Position numbers and translations under genes: made by a program
Notes under the pieces: generated by a model
The model's database searches: none
What the model saw: only the letters and a program-made list of their open reading frames with translations
What the model was told of the DNA's origin: nothing
From: Elusimicrobiota bacterium
Lineage (GTDB): Bacteria; Elusimicrobiota; Endomicrobiia; Endomicrobiales; JBDRNC01
NCBI GenBank assembly: GCA_043811535.1
Contig: JBDRNC010000008.1
Span: forward strand, 32,001-96,000
Length of the DNA stretch: 64,000 nucleotides
Reading direction: 5' to 3'
Part shown: piece after piece, positions 37,459-46,789 of the stretch
Layout of the letters: the number at the start of each line of letters is the position of its first letter
Numbering within the stretch: the stretch's first letter is position 1

Positions 37459-38193
37459 CTATATAGGTCTGCCGCTGAAACTCCTGTCCTGGTCGCTTTC
37501 TATCTTTCCGTCTTTGAGAGTTATCAGCCTGTTGGCCATATCCATTATCATCCTGTCATGCGTGGAAAATACGAACGTCATGCCGGTTTTCCTGTTAAGA
37601 CTTTTCATCATTTCCAAAAGCGAGGCGGCGGTGCCGGAATCAAGGTTCGCGGTAGGCTCATCCGCAAATATCAGGGAGGGGGACGTGACCATCGCACGCG
37701 CTATGGCGACCCTCTGCTGCTGGCCCCCGGACAGGCGCACCGGGAGCCTGTCAATGTGCTCTGCCATCCCTATCTCTCCAAGTATCTCCGTAATCCTCTT
37801 GAGCCTTACTTCCTCATGCACGCCCTGCAGCATCATCACGTATTCTATGTTCTCCTTGACGGTCAAAACCGGTATGAGGTTGTAGGCCTGGAAAATAAAC
37901 CCGATATTGTCGCGCCTGAAATCCGAAAGCTGCCTGCCTGTCATCGAGGAAAGCAAACTACCGTTAAGCCAGGCCTTTCCCGAAGAAGGCGAGTCAAGGC
38001 CCGAAATAATGTTTAAAAGCGTGGTCTTTCCCGACCCGGAAGGGCCGACGATCGCGGTGAATTCGCCCGGCCTTATAACCAGGTCAACTCCGCGCACTGC
38101 GTCGACCGCTATGTCGTCGAACGCGTAGATCTTGCCAATGCCTTCCGTTACGATAACGCCTTCGTTTCCCTGCATACCCATCTCACCTCCCAC
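37459..38193 (-). CDS. ABC transporter ATP-binding protein (LolD/MacB-like)
   Basis: GPSGSGKT, LSGGQQQRVAIARA, ADEPTANLD, STHD; exact start uncertain. Confidence 0.92.
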   Translation of the reverse strand: MGGEMGMQGNEGVIVTEGIGKIYAFDDIAVDAVRGVDLVIRPGEFTAIVGPSGSGKTTLLNIISGLDSPSSGKAWLNGSLLSSMTGRQLSDFRRDNIGFIFQAYNLIPVLTVKENIEYVMMLQGVHEEVRLKRITEILGEIGMAEHIDRLPVRLSGGQQQRVAIARAMVTSPSLIFADEPTANLDSGTAASLLEMMKSLNRKTGMTFVFSTHDRMIMDMANRLITLKDGKIESDQDRSFSGRPI

Positions 38194-38221
38194 ATATTTT
38201 ATGAAAGCCCTTAATAGTCTT

Positions 38222-38254
38222 AATCCGTGTAATCATTTAAAAATCAGTGTAATC
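38222..38254 (-). repeat. Orphan GATTACAC array (2 units) on the minus strand
   Basis: AATCCGTGTAATC at 38222 and AATCAGTGTAATC at 38242. Confidence 0.8.
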
Positions 38255-38278
38255 AGAAATTGCATTTTGCAATTTCTC

Positions 38279-39499
38279 TCACATGCTCTTTCTCATTGAA
38301 TCTACTATTTTCATCCTCGCGGCGTAAAATGCCGGATAGAGCCCCGCCAGCATAGTGGATACCAGCACCCAGAACGGGTATATTACGAATTGCGAGGGCG
38401 TCAATATGGGATATATCAGTTCTCTGAAAGTAATCTTCGCGTATTCAATGCCCGTGTAGTCGATGCCGGTCTTGGCGACAATCCAGGTGACCGCGAAACC
38501 CAGGGCCGATCCGAATACGATGCTTATCAGAGCCAGCGCCCCCGCTTCTAACATGATTAATTTTGAAATGCCTAAAGGCCTCGTGCCCACCGCGCGGAGC
38601 ACTCCGAACTCAAACATCCTTTCGTACAGTGACATGAAAAGCGCGTTTATTATGCCCAGAGAAACGATAATGAAAAGTATGAGCCCGACGATACCTATGC
38701 TCCAATTGGACATATCCATCGCGGCTCTAAGGTCGGGAAGCAGGCGCGTCCAGCTAACAGCCTCGTTGCCGTCCCGCGAGTACTTGTTCCAGAAATAGAA
38801 ATTTGCGTCCTGGGCGAATTCCGGGTCCGCGAATTTCACGGCTATCTCATGCACGCCCGGCCCGATGCCCAGCATCTGCCGGGCCTTTGCGATTCCCGCG
38901 AAGATCATCCCTTTCTCCATCTCGTCGCCGTTCGTGGAGAATATTCCGGATATCCTGAACATCTCCTGGACAAGATCGCCCGTGCCGGCCTGGGAAACCG
39001 TCACCACAACCCTGTCTCCCAAACCCGCCTCAAGATCGTCCGCAAGTTTTTTCCCGATCACTATATCCCGTTCATCGCGACCGGACAAAAACTCGCCTTC
39101 AACGATTGACCGCGCTATCACGGAAAGGTTCCTTTCCTTTACCGGGTCCACGCCCACGAAACTCACACCGCTCACGTTCGCGGGGGAAGTTATCATGCCG
39201 AATGAGAAGGTCCTTGGAGCGTAATACTTCACCGCGGATTCGTTGTCGAGATCCTGCAGGACCCATCCGAGGCCTTTGATCGTTTTTTCTACTTCCTGGG
39301 TCTTCCTGAAATCCGTTTCGTGGATCTGCGCTTCCCCCAGGAATGAGGAGGTCGCGGATTCTATCATGTTCTTTTCCATTCCCTTTACCAGGGCGTCCAC
39401 AAATATTAGGGACGCCAGGCCCATCCCTATCGCGAAACCCGCGATAGCGGTGCGCCGTTTATTCCTGAACATGTTTCTCCACGCAAGCTTTAAGAACAT
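38279..39499 (-). CDS. ABC transporter permease (FtsX/LolE-like)
   Basis: LAWRN.FRNKRR, MSLYERMFEFGVLRAVG, YPA..AA. Confidence 0.9.
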   Translation of the reverse strand: MFLKLAWRNMFRNKRRTAIAGFAIGMGLASLIFVDALVKGMEKNMIESATSSFLGEAQIHETDFRKTQEVEKTIKGLGWVLQDLDNESAVKYYAPRTFSFGMITSPANVSGVSFVGVDPVKERNLSVIARSIVEGEFLSGRDERDIVIGKKLADDLEAGLGDRVVVTVSQAGTGDLVQEMFRISGIFSTNGDEMEKGMIFAGIAKARQMLGIGPGVHEIAVKFADPEFAQDANFYFWNKYSRDGNEAVSWTRLLPDLRAAMDMSNWSIGIVGLILFIIVSLGIINALFMSLYERMFEFGVLRAVGTRPLGISKLIMLEAGALALISIVFGSALGFAVTWIVAKTGIDYTGIEYAKITFRELIYPILTPSQFVIYPFWVLVSTMLAGLYPAFYAARMKIVDSMRKSM

Positions 39500-39500
39500 T

Positions 39501-40727
39501 TTAATGAGTCCTCATGGCTTTTGCCGGGTCGACCTTAGCCGCCCTCAAAGACGGGAAAATTCCGACGATCCCGGCGGTAAAAAGCACCGCGATTGCCGGA
39601 ATGTAGAAGCTTCTCGCGTTTATTTCTGTATACATCGCGCTGAATTCAACGCCCCCGTAAGTGAACGCTGTATTCAGGCTTATGCCGTTAAACGAAAAAT
39701 AGTAATTCAAGGCAAGTCCAGCCGCGGTTCCCAGGATTATGCTGACAAACGACAAAATGTAAACTTCGTACATGACCAGCAGGAACACCTGTTTCGGCCC
39801 CGTGCCGAGCGATTTCAGCAAACCGTACTCTCTCCTACGCTCAAGGACCGACATCAGAATGGTATTGAGAACGCCCACGGCCACTATCATGATGATGACG
39901 AACAGCATTACCCACATGCCCTCCACGTCGGCTTTCATCGCGTTGTAGAAGGATTTTGACACAACGTACCAGGGTTCAACGGAAAGCCTGTCATTGTCGA
40001 GCGCTGAAGCGATGTCTTTTTCCAGCCTTTTGACGTCTTTGATATTTCCGGCTATCACCGCGATTTCGTGCGCGCGGTTCTCCAAAACGAGAAGCTCCGC
40101 GGCGTCTTTGATATGGAGATAAAAAGCGGCGCGGTCATTCATCTCGTCGCCGCTTTCCACTATGCCCGAAACCTCGTAGATATCATTCGCGATCGACCCG
40201 TCGGAAGCCTGCGAAATTATCACTACCCTGTCCGTCGGGTTCGATTTCAGCATTTCCGCGAGGCCTTTGCCCAGCAGGACTTTACGGGAAGGTTCCTTGT
40301 CTAAAGCCGCGCCCGAAATTATCTTTTTATCGAACCAGGTGGCGCCGTTCTCGAGTTCCGGGTCTATTCCTATGATCTGGGCCGCGGCCGTCTTCTGTCC
40401 GAGCGATGCCAGCCCGGCCGAATACACCCGCGGCGCCCACGCTTCCACGCCTTTCACCGAAGCTATCTTCCGGCCTTCCTTATAATAATCGTCTATCGTG
40501 TTATACAGGGTCGGCTTATCCAGGTATCCCTTCCCGTGCACCTGGAGATGGCCCAGCCGGTTGCGCGTGAACATGTTTATGATATAGGAATACGAGCCGT
40601 CCGACCATCCTATCGAAAAGGCCGACAGCGTAAACCCGCCGAATATCGTAAGCAGCGTGAGCAGGCTCCGTCTTTTCTGCCTGAAAACGTTCCTGAACGC
40701 AACTTTCAGCAGCATGGAGTTTTTCAT
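39501..40727 (-). CDS. ABC transporter permease (FtsX/LolC-like)
   Basis: AFRNVFRQKRRS, MSVLERRREYGLLKSLG, P.LRAAKVDP. Confidence 0.9.
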   Translation of the reverse strand: MKNSMLLKVAFRNVFRQKRRSLLTLLTIFGGFTLSAFSIGWSDGSYSYIINMFTRNRLGHLQVHGKGYLDKPTLYNTIDDYYKEGRKIASVKGVEAWAPRVYSAGLASLGQKTAAAQIIGIDPELENGATWFDKKIISGAALDKEPSRKVLLGKGLAEMLKSNPTDRVVIISQASDGSIANDIYEVSGIVESGDEMNDRAAFYLHIKDAAELLVLENRAHEIAVIAGNIKDVKRLEKDIASALDNDRLSVEPWYVVSKSFYNAMKADVEGMWVMLFVIIMIVAVGVLNTILMSVLERRREYGLLKSLGTGPKQVFLLVMYEVYILSFVSIILGTAAGLALNYYFSFNGISLNTAFTYGGVEFSAMYTEINARSFYIPAIAVLFTAGIVGIFPSLRAAKVDPAKAMRTH

Positions 40728-40729
40728 GT

Positions 40730-41488
40730 TTATTCTTTGGACTGCAGGTTTCTCAGCGTGAAAACGTCGTCTTTCACCTGAACGTCAAAATCCGCCTTCA
40801 GGTACGTGATGACGGTCTTGTGCCCGGCCTTGTTCTGCGGTATCATTTCCATGACTGAAGGCAGGTCGCGTTTCCCGAACTTTTTTACCGCGGAAAAATT
40901 CAGGACGCGCATGAGTTTTCCTTTCTCGTCAAAATACTCTTCGCTGACGGGTATGTAATCCTTTTCCCGGACCGCCAGCAGTATCCTGCCCCATACTATC
41001 GGCTTGTCCTCTTTAGGGATGAACTCGATGTATATGAGGCCCGCCTTGGCGCCATCGGGCGCCGCTAATTTGTAATTGTAGTCATCCACAAGCGAAGATT
41101 CCTTGACAAGGTCGTCGTTCGTGAAATCCGAGCCCATCCAGGAACTCATCATCATCGAGGGGGGGATCTTTATGACCTTGCCGGCGTTCGGCAGGTAATT
41201 CCACATCTCATTGCCTATCCTCAGCGTGGCGACTCCCTTTTCCTTCTGCGGCGACAATATCCTTATGAAGGTGTGCGTCGTTCCGCGCCCCCACGCGTCC
41301 ATGCTGAGCGTCCTCTGCCAGTGGGGGGTCACTATGCTCATTTCTATCCGCGAAATATTGGATTTGCTCCGGTACAGGTTGTCAATTTTTTTGACAATCT
41401 GCTTTATGTCCGGATTCTCTTTCGGGCCGGCGCAATAACCGGGCGCGGAAAGAAGTATCAGCGAGAGAAATAACGCGATTCTTTTCAT
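40730..41488 (-). CDS. Outer-membrane lipoprotein-sorting (LolA-like) protein
   Basis: Signal peptide; P..EKG.ATL, MWNYLP, SWMGSDFTNDDL. Confidence 0.85.
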   Translation of the reverse strand: MKRIALFLSLILLSAPGYCAGPKENPDIKQIVKKIDNLYRSKSNISRIEMSIVTPHWQRTLSMDAWGRGTTHTFIRILSPQKEKGVATLRIGNEMWNYLPNAGKVIKIPPSMMMSSWMGSDFTNDDLVKESSLVDDYNYKLAAPDGAKAGLIYIEFIPKEDKPIVWGRILLAVREKDYIPVSEEYFDEKGKLMRVLNFSAVKKFGKRDLPSVMEMIPQNKAGHKTVITYLKADFDVQVKDDVFTLRNLQSKE

Positions 41489-41693
41489 AGGGCCTCTTTT
41501 ATTCTATTTTATTAAATTTGCAGGACTAACTCAACCGAGCGGGACTGTTATAATACTTGCAGATTAACGGTAAATATTCTAAAATATAACACGATTGCGG
41601 AAAGAAAGAATACCTAATAAACTCCGCAGCGCTTAACCTTTTAGACAGTCAGCCGCCCTGCTGATTATTTCACAGCCAAAAGAAGGAGTAAAA

Positions 41694-43214
41694 ATGACGC
41701 CCCGAAAAACCGGTTTTGACAATGAGAAGTACCTTGCCGAACAGACTAATTCCATACTTGAACGCGTGAAGAAATTCGACGGTAAGCTTTACCTTGAATT
41801 CGGCGGAAAGATAATATACGACATGCACGCCTCAAGAGTCCTTCCCGGATTCGACCCCTGCGTCAAGATGAGGCTTTTGCAGAAGCTGAAAGATAACGCC
41901 GATATAGTTCTGTGCATATACGCCGGCGATATAGAACGCAAGAAGGTCCGCGCCGATTTCGGCATAACCTACGATGCCGACGCTTTGAAGCTTATTGACG
42001 ACCTGAAGGAATGGGGAATAGAGATTAAGGCCGTCGTGATAACACGGTTTGACAACCAGCCGGGCGCCGTGCAGTTCAAAAACAAGCTTGAGAGAAGGAA
42101 CATGAAAGTGTACCTGCATTACCCGATAGAGAATTACCCGAATGACATCGATAAAATAATCAGCGAGAACGGCTACGGCAAGAACGATTACATCGAAACG
42201 AGCAAACCGCTTGTCGTCATAACCGGGCCCGGGCCGTGTTCAGGCAAGCTTTCAACATGCCTTTCCCAGTTGTACCACGATCACAAAAGGGGGATAAATT
42301 CCGGTTACGCTAAATTCGAGACGTTCCCCATATGGAACATCCCGCTCAAACATCCCGTAAATATCGCCTACGAAGCCGCTACCGTTGACATACGCGATTA
42401 CAATGAGATAGACCCGTTCCATCTTGAAGCGTACGGGGAAACCGCGATCAACTACAACCGCGACGTCGAGATCTTTCCCGTCCTGAAAAGGATGCTTGAA
42501 AGGATAACCGGAAAAGAGCCCATGTACAAATCTCCGACGGATATGGGCGTGAACCGCGCCGGGTTCGGAATTATTGACGACGCGGCGACGCAGGCCGCCT
42601 CAAAAGAGGAGATAATCCGCAGGTATTTCAGGTACAGGTGCGAGTATATCATGGGGCTGACGGACAAGGAAACCGTTGACAGGGCCGAGATGATCCTCAA
42701 CGAGCTCGGGCTTAAACCGGAAAACAGGGCGGTCGTAGGACCGGCCCGCGCGTCCGCCGAAGCGGCGCAGAAGGAAGGCAAAGGCAATGAGGGCATATTC
42801 TGCGGCGCCGCGTTAGAGCTTCCGGACGGGGAGATCGTGACAGGGAAAAACAGCCAGTTGATGCATGCGTCTCCGAGCCTTATCCTTAACGCGATTAAAA
42901 AACTTGCCGGCATTCCCGATAATATCCACCTGCTCTCGCTGAATATCATACAGTCCATAGGCGGGCTTAAAAAAGACATCCTCAACAACAAGACGGTCAG
43001 CCTTGACCTTGACGAGACGCTCATCGCGCTGAGTATCAGCGCCGCGACGAACCCGACGGCCCAGGTCGCGATGGAAAAACTGAAGGAACTGAAAGGCTGC
43101 GAGGTCCACATAACCCATATACCGACCCCCGGAGACGACGCCGGGCTCAGGCGTCTCGGTGTGAACCTCACCAGCGACCCGGATTTCCCGACGAAGAATT
43201 TATTCATTTCTTAA
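41694..43214 (+). CDS. DUF1846 (UPF0371) family protein
   Basis: GFDNEKY, KLYLEFGGK, HASRVLPG, GPGP.SGK, AGYAKFETFP-like, YKSPTDMGVN. Confidence 0.9.
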   Translation: MTPRKTGFDNEKYLAEQTNSILERVKKFDGKLYLEFGGKIIYDMHASRVLPGFDPCVKMRLLQKLKDNADIVLCIYAGDIERKKVRADFGITYDADALKLIDDLKEWGIEIKAVVITRFDNQPGAVQFKNKLERRNMKVYLHYPIENYPNDIDKIISENGYGKNDYIETSKPLVVITGPGPCSGKLSTCLSQLYHDHKRGINSGYAKFETFPIWNIPLKHPVNIAYEAATVDIRDYNEIDPFHLEAYGETAINYNRDVEIFPVLKRMLERITGKEPMYKSPTDMGVNRAGFGIIDDAATQAASKEEIIRRYFRYRCEYIMGLTDKETVDRAEMILNELGLKPENRAVVGPARASAEAAQKEGKGNEGIFCGAALELPDGEIVTGKNSQLMHASPSLILNAIKKLAGIPDNIHLLSLNIIQSIGGLKKDILNNKTVSLDLDETLIALSISAATNPTAQVAMEKLKELKGCEVHITHIPTPGDDAGLRRLGVNLTSDPDFPTKNLFIS

Positions 43215-43279
43215 TAATAATAAGCAATCAGCAATTATCAATTAGCAATAAATTAAAACAAAGGCATTAAAATATTACT

Positions 43280-44113
43280 ATGGTAAAGAAAATTGATTCA
43301 AAAGAACTTGGGCTTGTGATGGCCATAATCCTGGGCAAATACCTGTTCAAGACAGATGACCTCCACTACGGCTACTGGACTCCTGACCTGAAGCTTGACG
43401 TGTCAAATATAGTCAAGGCGCAGGACAACCACTCAAACCTCATAATTTCCAATATTCCCGGAGGCGTTCAGACCATTCTTGACGTGGGCTGCGGCGCGGG
43501 CGCGCTGGCGAAAAGACTGCTCGCGAAAGGATGGCAGGTTGACTGCGTCTCCCCGAGCATGCTTCTTACGCGGGAAGCAAAAAAGCTTACCGGAGGAAAA
43601 TGCGGGATGTTCGAATCCGGGTACGAGTCCGTGGAGACCGACAAGAAATACGACCTTGTCATTTTCAGCGAGAGCTACCAGTATATAAACCTGAAGAAAT
43701 CCCTGGAACAGACCGCCAGGTTCCTGAAACCCGGCGGCCACATGCTTATATGCGATTTCTTTGAAACGGACGCCGAGGGGGAAAGCGCTCTCGGAGGCGG
43801 ACACAAGCTGGGCGAATTCTACGAAACCGTCAAGAAATACCCTTTCAAGAACGTAAAGGACATAGATATCACCAAACAGACATCCCCGAACCTCGTGCTT
43901 ATCGACGATATGCTCAAGCAGATGGGCCTTCCTATATGGGAACTCATCCACGAGATGCTCAAAACCAACCACCCGGCGGTATACAAGCTGCTGACATGGA
44001 AGTACAGGAAAAAGATAGACAAGATAAACCAGAAGTATTTCAGCGGCGCCAGGAACGGGGAAAACTTTGAGAAATTCAAGTCCTACCGCCTGATGCTGTA
44101 TCAAAAACAGTAA
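43280..44113 (+). CDS. Class I SAM-dependent methyltransferase
   Basis: LHYGYW, ILDVGCGAG, FSES.QY, LKPGG. Confidence 0.88.
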   Translation: MVKKIDSKELGLVMAIILGKYLFKTDDLHYGYWTPDLKLDVSNIVKAQDNHSNLIISNIPGGVQTILDVGCGAGALAKRLLAKGWQVDCVSPSMLLTREAKKLTGGKCGMFESGYESVETDKKYDLVIFSESYQYINLKKSLEQTARFLKPGGHMLICDFFETDAEGESALGGGHKLGEFYETVKKYPFKNVKDIDITKQTSPNLVLIDDMLKQMGLPIWELIHEMLKTNHPAVYKLLTWKYRKKIDKINQKYFSGARNGENFEKFKSYRLMLYQKQ

Positions 44114-44141
44114 TTAGCGATTAGCAATTAGCTATTAGTAT

Positions 44142-44170
44142 TTGACAACATTGCCGTTATTTGGTATATA
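44142..44170 (+). promoter_or_regulatory. Sigma70-type promoter of the corrinoid operon
   Basis: TTGACA-17 bp-TATATA with TGn extension, immediately upstream of the riboswitch. Confidence 0.6.
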
Positions 44171-44194
44171 TTGTTCTGTTATCTTTGACATATT

Positions 44195-44390
44195 AATAGG
44201 TTGAGGAAGTTCCGTGACGCTCGAAAGGGCTATTCGGACACTGCCCCGCAACGGTAAATTAACGACAGCAAGTAGCAATTAGCTATTAGCAATTAGAGTT
44301 CTTAACTACTCGCCAATTGCAAATCGCAAATTGCTGTCGTTAAGAGTCCGGTCGACAGCCTGTTTTCAAGCTTTAACCTTCGCGGGAAGG
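44195..44390 (+). ncRNA. Cobalamin riboswitch 1
   Basis: Closing stem AATAGGTTG/CAGCCTGTT, GAGGAA, CTGCCCCGCAACGGTAA, GAGTCCGG, kissing-loop hairpin CCTTCGCGGGAAGG; upstream of cobO. Confidence 0.85.
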
Positions 44391-44452
44391 AGTTTTCGTA
44401 TTTTGCCTCACTTTCCATCCCGGGAAGTGGGGTATATTTATTTTCTGACAAT

Positions 44453-44528
44453 CATCCTCCCTCTTGACGGGGGAGGAGCGAGGTGGGGGTGCCCCCCATC
44501 CCAGCCTTCCCCCGTAGAAGGGGGAAGG
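44453..44528. repeat. CCTCCC/GGGAGG palindromic element, basic form
   Basis: CATCCTCCC..GGGAGGAGCGAGGTGGGG...CCCCATCCCAGCCTTCCCCC..GGGGGAAGG; same frame as 23862 and 30661 copies without the internal insert. Confidence 0.8.
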
Positions 44529-44550
44529 TGAAGGAACAAAGGATATATTT

Positions 44551-45066
44551 ATGCTAATTATCAACACCGGAAACGGCAAGGGAAAGACAACGGCGGCCAT
44601 TGGCCAGATGGTAAGGGCTCTTGGGCAGGGTCAGAAGGTCTGTTTTGTCCAGATTTTCAAGGGCGCGGTATTCTATGGGGAGCAGAAGGTTCTTCAAAAC
44701 CTGAAAAACCTGGATTTTTACTCTTTCGCGCCCAAACATCCGTACTGTTTCAGGGGCATCAGCCTCCGGCCGATCAGGCTGGAATGCCAAAAGGCAGTCA
44801 AACTCCTGAAAAAAATAGCAAGAGGCCGGAAGAAGTATGATCTCATCGTTCTTGACGAGTTTAACATAGGCGTAAGGGACGGCTTTATCGGACTTAAAGC
44901 ATTACTTGATGTATTAAATAAACTGATTGAAAATACAAATGTAATTATCACAGGGCGCGGAGCACACAAAGAGCTCCTGAAGCGGGCCGACTTAATCACT
45001 GAAATGAAAGAGGTCCGGCACCCGTACAAGAAAGGCATCAAGGCTTCCAAAGGCCTAGAATTCTAG
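44551..45066 (+). CDS. cobO: Corrinoid adenosyltransferase (CobO/BtuR/CobA)
   Basis: TGNGKGKTTAA.G, VQ.FKG, YDLIVLDE, TGR.A, ADL.TEM...HPY..G..A..G.EF. Confidence 0.93.
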   Translation: MLIINTGNGKGKTTAAIGQMVRALGQGQKVCFVQIFKGAVFYGEQKVLQNLKNLDFYSFAPKHPYCFRGISLRPIRLECQKAVKLLKKIARGRKKYDLIVLDEFNIGVRDGFIGLKALLDVLNKLIENTNVIITGRGAHKELLKRADLITEMKEVRHPYKKGIKASKGLEF

Positions 45067-45102
45067 TTAAGTAGACCGGCACTTAAGTGCCGGTCTACTT
45101 AA
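45067..45102. repeat. Perfect 36-bp REP-like palindrome
   Basis: TTAAGTAGACCGGCACTTAAGTGCCGGTCTACTTAA. Confidence 0.9.
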
Positions 45103-45122
45103 AGTAATACTTGAAGGAAGTT

Positions 45123-45731
45123 ATGGGTAAACCCCGTTCCAAATCTCGAAGCTTAGGTCTATCCGCAAAATATTCTACCCCAAAGTGTTCCAATGCAGAA
45201 ATTTGGAAACGGGGTAAAATTATCTTCATCACTGGCGGCGTAAGGTCCGGAAAGAGCAAATTAGCCACTGATCTGGCCAAGAAATCAGGCAAAAAGGTGG
45301 CATTTATAGCTACTTGCGCCCCCCTTGACCGTGAAATGGAACACAGGATAGGTTTGCACAAGAGTTCAAGGCCAAAGAACTGGAAAACCATCGAAGAACC
45401 CAAGTACCTGCGATCCGCGCTCAAAAAAATCCCATCCGGAACAGGGTCTGTAATTGTCGACTGCCTTACCTTATATGTATCAAACCTCATACTTTCAGGA
45501 AAAACTGAAGAAGAAATACTAAATAACATTGAAAATACAATCAAAATACTGAAAAAATCAAGATTTACCTCAATTCTGGTCTCTAATGAGGTGGGCATGG
45601 GCATAGTTCCGGATAACGAATTGGCCCGTATTTTCAGGGATGTGTCCGGAAAAGTCAACCAGTTGGCGGCAGCCGCGAGCGATGAGGCGTATTTCATGGT
45701 TTCGGGACTGCCCGTTAAAATAAAGGAATAA
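45123..45731 (+). CDS. cobU: Adenosylcobinamide kinase / adenosylcobinamide-phosphate guanylyltransferase
   Basis: TGG.RSGKS, IAT...D.EM..RI..H...RP..W.T.EEP, DCLT, VSNEVG.GIVP, FRD..G..NQ; start uncertain. Confidence 0.93.
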   Translation: MGKPRSKSRSLGLSAKYSTPKCSNAEIWKRGKIIFITGGVRSGKSKLATDLAKKSGKKVAFIATCAPLDREMEHRIGLHKSSRPKNWKTIEEPKYLRSALKKIPSGTGSVIVDCLTLYVSNLILSGKTEEEILNNIENTIKILKKSRFTSILVSNEVGMGIVPDNELARIFRDVSGKVNQLAAAASDEAYFMVSGLPVKIKE

Positions 45732-45733
45732 AA

Positions 45734-46789
45734 ATGGAACTGCTCCGAAAAACTCTACAGAACATTGAACCCATAAACGCGGAATTCATGAAATTCGCCC
45801 AGAAACGCCTCGATTCGCTCACAAAACCGCAGGGAAGCCTGGGCCGGCTTGAAGAAACCGCGAAAAAAATCTGCGGGATAACAAGAAAACGTAATCCCCA
45901 CCTTGACGTCAAGGTGGTCATAACGATGGCCGCCGACCACGGAGTCACCGACGAGGGCATCAGCGCGTATCCGAAAGAAGTAACGCCCCAGATGGTTTAC
46001 AATTTCATAAAAGGCGGGGCCGGCATCAACGTGCTCGCGAGGCACATCGGGGCGAAAGTGATCGTCGTTGACGTCGGAGTGGCCGCCGACCTTGAGCAAA
46101 GTGACGGGCTCGTATCGCATAAGGTGGGCTACGGCACCAAAAATATGGCGAAGGGTCCCGCAATGACCGAGGACGAGGCAGTATCCTGCGTTGAAGCCGG
46201 GATAGAAATTGCCCAGGCAGAAATAGAAAAGGGAGCGAATATCATCGGGACGGGCGATATGGGCATCGGAAACACTACCGCGTCAAGCGCGGTTACCGCC
46301 GTGATAACCGGCGCCGACGTCTCCAATATAACCGGAAAGGGTACGGGTATCGACGATAAAAAGCTCGAGCACAAGATTTCCGTAATAAGGAAAACCCTTG
46401 AAATCAATAAGCCGGACCGGGAAAAAGCCCTGGACGTGCTTTCAAAAGTCGGAGGCTTTGAGATCGGCGGAATCGCCGGAGTGATATTGGCTTGCGCTTC
46501 AAATAAGATACCCGTGGTAATAGACGGCTTCATTTCCGGCGCCGGGGCGCTCATCGCTTACGCGCTTGATCCGAAAACCGCGGATTACATGATAGCTTCC
46601 CACTTGTCCGTGGAGTGCGGCCATAAAACCATCCTGGACCATATAGGATTGAAGCCCCTTTTTGACCTTGATTTGAGGCTCGGAGAAGGCACGGGCGCCG
46701 CGCTCGGCATAGGCTTCTGCGACGCGTCTTTAAAAATATTGAATGAAATGGCATCTTTTAAAGAAGCCGGTGTGTCCGAAAAACAATGA
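45734..46789 (+). CDS. cobT: Nicotinate-nucleotide--dimethylbenzimidazole phosphoribosyltransferase
   Basis: LTKPQGSLGRLE, AADHGV, GDMGIGNTT, GGFEI, DGFI, LRLGEGTGA. Confidence 0.96.
   Translation: MELLRKTLQNIEPINAEFMKFAQKRLDSLTKPQGSLGRLEETAKKICGITRKRNPHLDVKVVITMAADHGVTDEGISAYPKEVTPQMVYNFIKGGAGINVLARHIGAKVIVVDVGVAADLEQSDGLVSHKVGYGTKNMAKGPAMTEDEAVSCVEAGIEIAQAEIEKGANIIGTGDMGIGNTTASSAVTAVITGADVSNITGKGTGIDDKKLEHKISVIRKTLEINKPDREKALDVLSKVGGFEIGGIAGVILACASNKIPVVIDGFISGAGALIAYALDPKTADYMIASHLSVECGHKTILDHIGLKPLFDLDLRLGEGTGAALGIGFCDASLKILNEMASFKEAGVSEKQ

Noticed and set aside
44331..44600. Short ORFs 44331-44531 (+) and 44373-44600 (-)
   Set aside because: They overlap the riboswitch expression platform and a palindromic element; no coding features
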